A stretch of 64,000 nt of DNA, from positions 203,488-267,487 of the forward strand of contig CDMY01000759.1 in assembly GCA_001179505.1 (NCBI GenBank). The letters run 5' to 3'. Position 1 is the first letter of the stretch; the number at the start of each line of letters is the position of its first letter. Positions 62,213-64,000 of the stretch are shown here, piece after piece. The stretch is from Vitrella brassicaformis CCMP3155. Lineage: Eukaryota; Protista; Chromerida. Position numbers and translations under genes: made by a program. Below the pieces are notes generated by a model that saw nothing but the letters and a program-made list of their open reading frames with translations, was not told where the DNA came from and did no database searches.

Positions 62213-64000
62213 ATGTTGCGAGAAGTGGCAGAGGATCAATCGCCATCAGGTGAGGACGACGCGAGCGCGCTGCTGAGAGGCGACCTGCAGCCGGCCAAAG
62301 CCACCGTCGCCGGCAGGAGGTCCGAGCGCGTCCTCGAGATGGCCGACGCAAGATACACCGACGCAGGTGGGTCAGTCAGAAACACGCACTGATGCATGGC
62401 GTGGCTTTGATTCAATGATCCGCGTGGCGCGGTTTGTTTGTCGATATGTGTCAGACGGCAAGTCAGCCCACCACCGCAGCCGAGTTCCCACAGAGGTGCC
62501 GTCGAGCGACCCGCACTCGCAGGAGGCGGACGAGTACGAGGTGGGGGGGGACCACAGGGGCGGCGACTGGAGTCGGGGGTACAGAAACACCCACTACCAG
62601 GCCAGCCAGCACCACACGGGCCACGAGGAGCACGTCCCCCTCAATGCTCGTCTGGGCGGGCACTATGACGTCGGACACGGCCATGCCTACGGGCCGCCAG
62701 CCAATAGCGCGGCGGCCAACTATAAGACCCGAGTGCTCATTTGGTACGTCCTTGTCTGTCTGTTGAGTGACTCACCTCACCGACACACTGACTGACTGAC
62801 GCGCTGCTCTCTCTTTCCCTCTCTCTCTTTCCCTCTCTCTCCCTCTCTCTCTCTGTTTGCCTGCGTCGGTGCAGGTGCATAACGGGGCTGTTTTTCTTTT
62901 TTCTGGCGCTGCTGGTGGTGGTAGTGGTGCTCAAGTCGCCCAACAACCTGGACGGCGCGCAGCTGCCGCACACGACGTCATCCAACGAGCCTTACGCCTC
63001 GTTCGGCCGGGGGGGCTGGGGGAGGTACCCCTGCGTGACGCCCACGTGCACTGTGGCTGCTGGGATTGCACTCATGACCATCAATGAGACGGAGGACCCT
63101 TGCAACGTGAGAAAGAAAGAGAGGCAGGGGAGGGGAGAGGAGGGAGACGAAGACACTGCTGTCGGTTTGTGTGTGTGTGTGTGTGTGTGTGTAGGATCCT
63201 TATGAGTGGGCGTGTGGGCATTGGCTGAAGACGTTCGATTTGCCCCCTGACTATGCCGCGTGGACCAAGTCGTTCACGAGTGTGTACAAGGAGAACCAGT
63301 AAGCACCACCCACCCACCCACCCACACACACACACGAGACCCCAGATCGCAGTGATCCATCCATCCCTCCATTCCCCTGTCTGTTTGCTGCACACAGACA
63401 CATGCTCAAGGATCTGTTAGAGTCCGGCCAGTGCAGCAGCAGCGGCACCACCACCAGCCCTTCGCACAGCCCCTCTCCCAGCGGCGGTGGCAAGACCAGC
63501 ACGACGGTCATCAAAGCCAAAAGCGCCGCCGCCACCCACTACGCGACTGACGGCTGGGACGGGATGCTCCACTGCTACTACCAGGCCTGCATGGACACCG
63601 ACAAGCTTGACTCTCTCGGGGCGGCCCCCCTGCTGAACTTCCTCAGCAAGCAGCCCGAACTGGGGTTTCTGCTGCTGTGGCCGGGCGAGATCGAGGCGGA
63701 CGAGGGCATGGTGAGAGGGAGAGAGGGGGAGGGGCAGGGGCTGAGTGTGCGGATGGCGCACCTTCATCGGTGGGGGGTGGAGGGGGTGCTGACAGCCGGG
63801 GTGACCTACAACAACCTCCACCCCTCGCACAACAACACCCTCGGCGTGGCGCAGGGCGGCCTGGGGCTCAGCTACTCCCACTACTTCCAGCCAGACATCC
63901 TTGCTGCCTACACGCGCCACCTCGCCACCCTCTTCCGACTCTTCTTCGAGGCCCTCCCCTCCGCCCACAATGCCTCCCTCCCCTCCCCCTTCTCTCTCCC
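62213..64000 (+). CDS. M13 peptidase, 5' part (type II membrane: cytosolic tail, TM helix, ectodomain start); runs off the window
   Basis: TM helix LFFFFLALLVVVVVL; PCVTPTCTVAAG..EDPCN|DPYEWACGHW is the neprilysin DPC.DFy.faCG.W motif; continues into the exon shared with 41198-41789. Confidence 0.88.
63409..64000. repeat. Inverted duplicate of 41198-41789 (M13 exon)
   Basis: No differences found by eye over 592 bp of reverse complement; translations are identical. Confidence 0.92.

Overview
This is eukaryotic nuclear DNA: GC-rich, with many short GT-AG introns filled with (GT)n, (TCTG)n, (GATG)n and (CACT)n microsatellites, and five 300-N scaffold gaps. The gene content points by inference to a photosynthetic relative of apicomplexans, most like Vitrella: an IMC sub-compartment protein, an FN2-like CCp/FNPA-type module, nuclear psaL and plastid ftsY with bipartite leaders. 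I reconstructed about 20 genes by hand-splicing. In order they are: a ubiquitin-like protein, an FN2-like adhesin, a dual-specificity phosphatase, an RFC-like (ELG1/ATAD5-type) ATPase, a bacterial-type secreted protein, a mitochondrial carrier, cpFtsY, KRR1, a hypothetical protein, PsaL, MgtC, a diacylglycerol kinase, an ISP, two GNAT copies, an M13 peptidase present as two inverted pieces, mitochondrial uS15, a prefoldin-like protein, a decayed mosaic region, and a large chromatin protein. Most are arranged as head-to-head pairs. The best candidates for new biology are (1) a protein joining a DNMT1-type RFTS domain to DDT-WHIM ISWI-partner modules and a BRWD-type C-terminal domain, with no methyltransferase domain; (2) a decayed F-box/HslU-ATPase fusion; and (3) bacterial-type genes that have acquired introns (MgtC and the secreted C-x3-A-x-WWE/HSH protein). 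All family assignments come from motifs recognised by eye; no database searches were run. No rRNA, tRNA or CRISPR features were seen.
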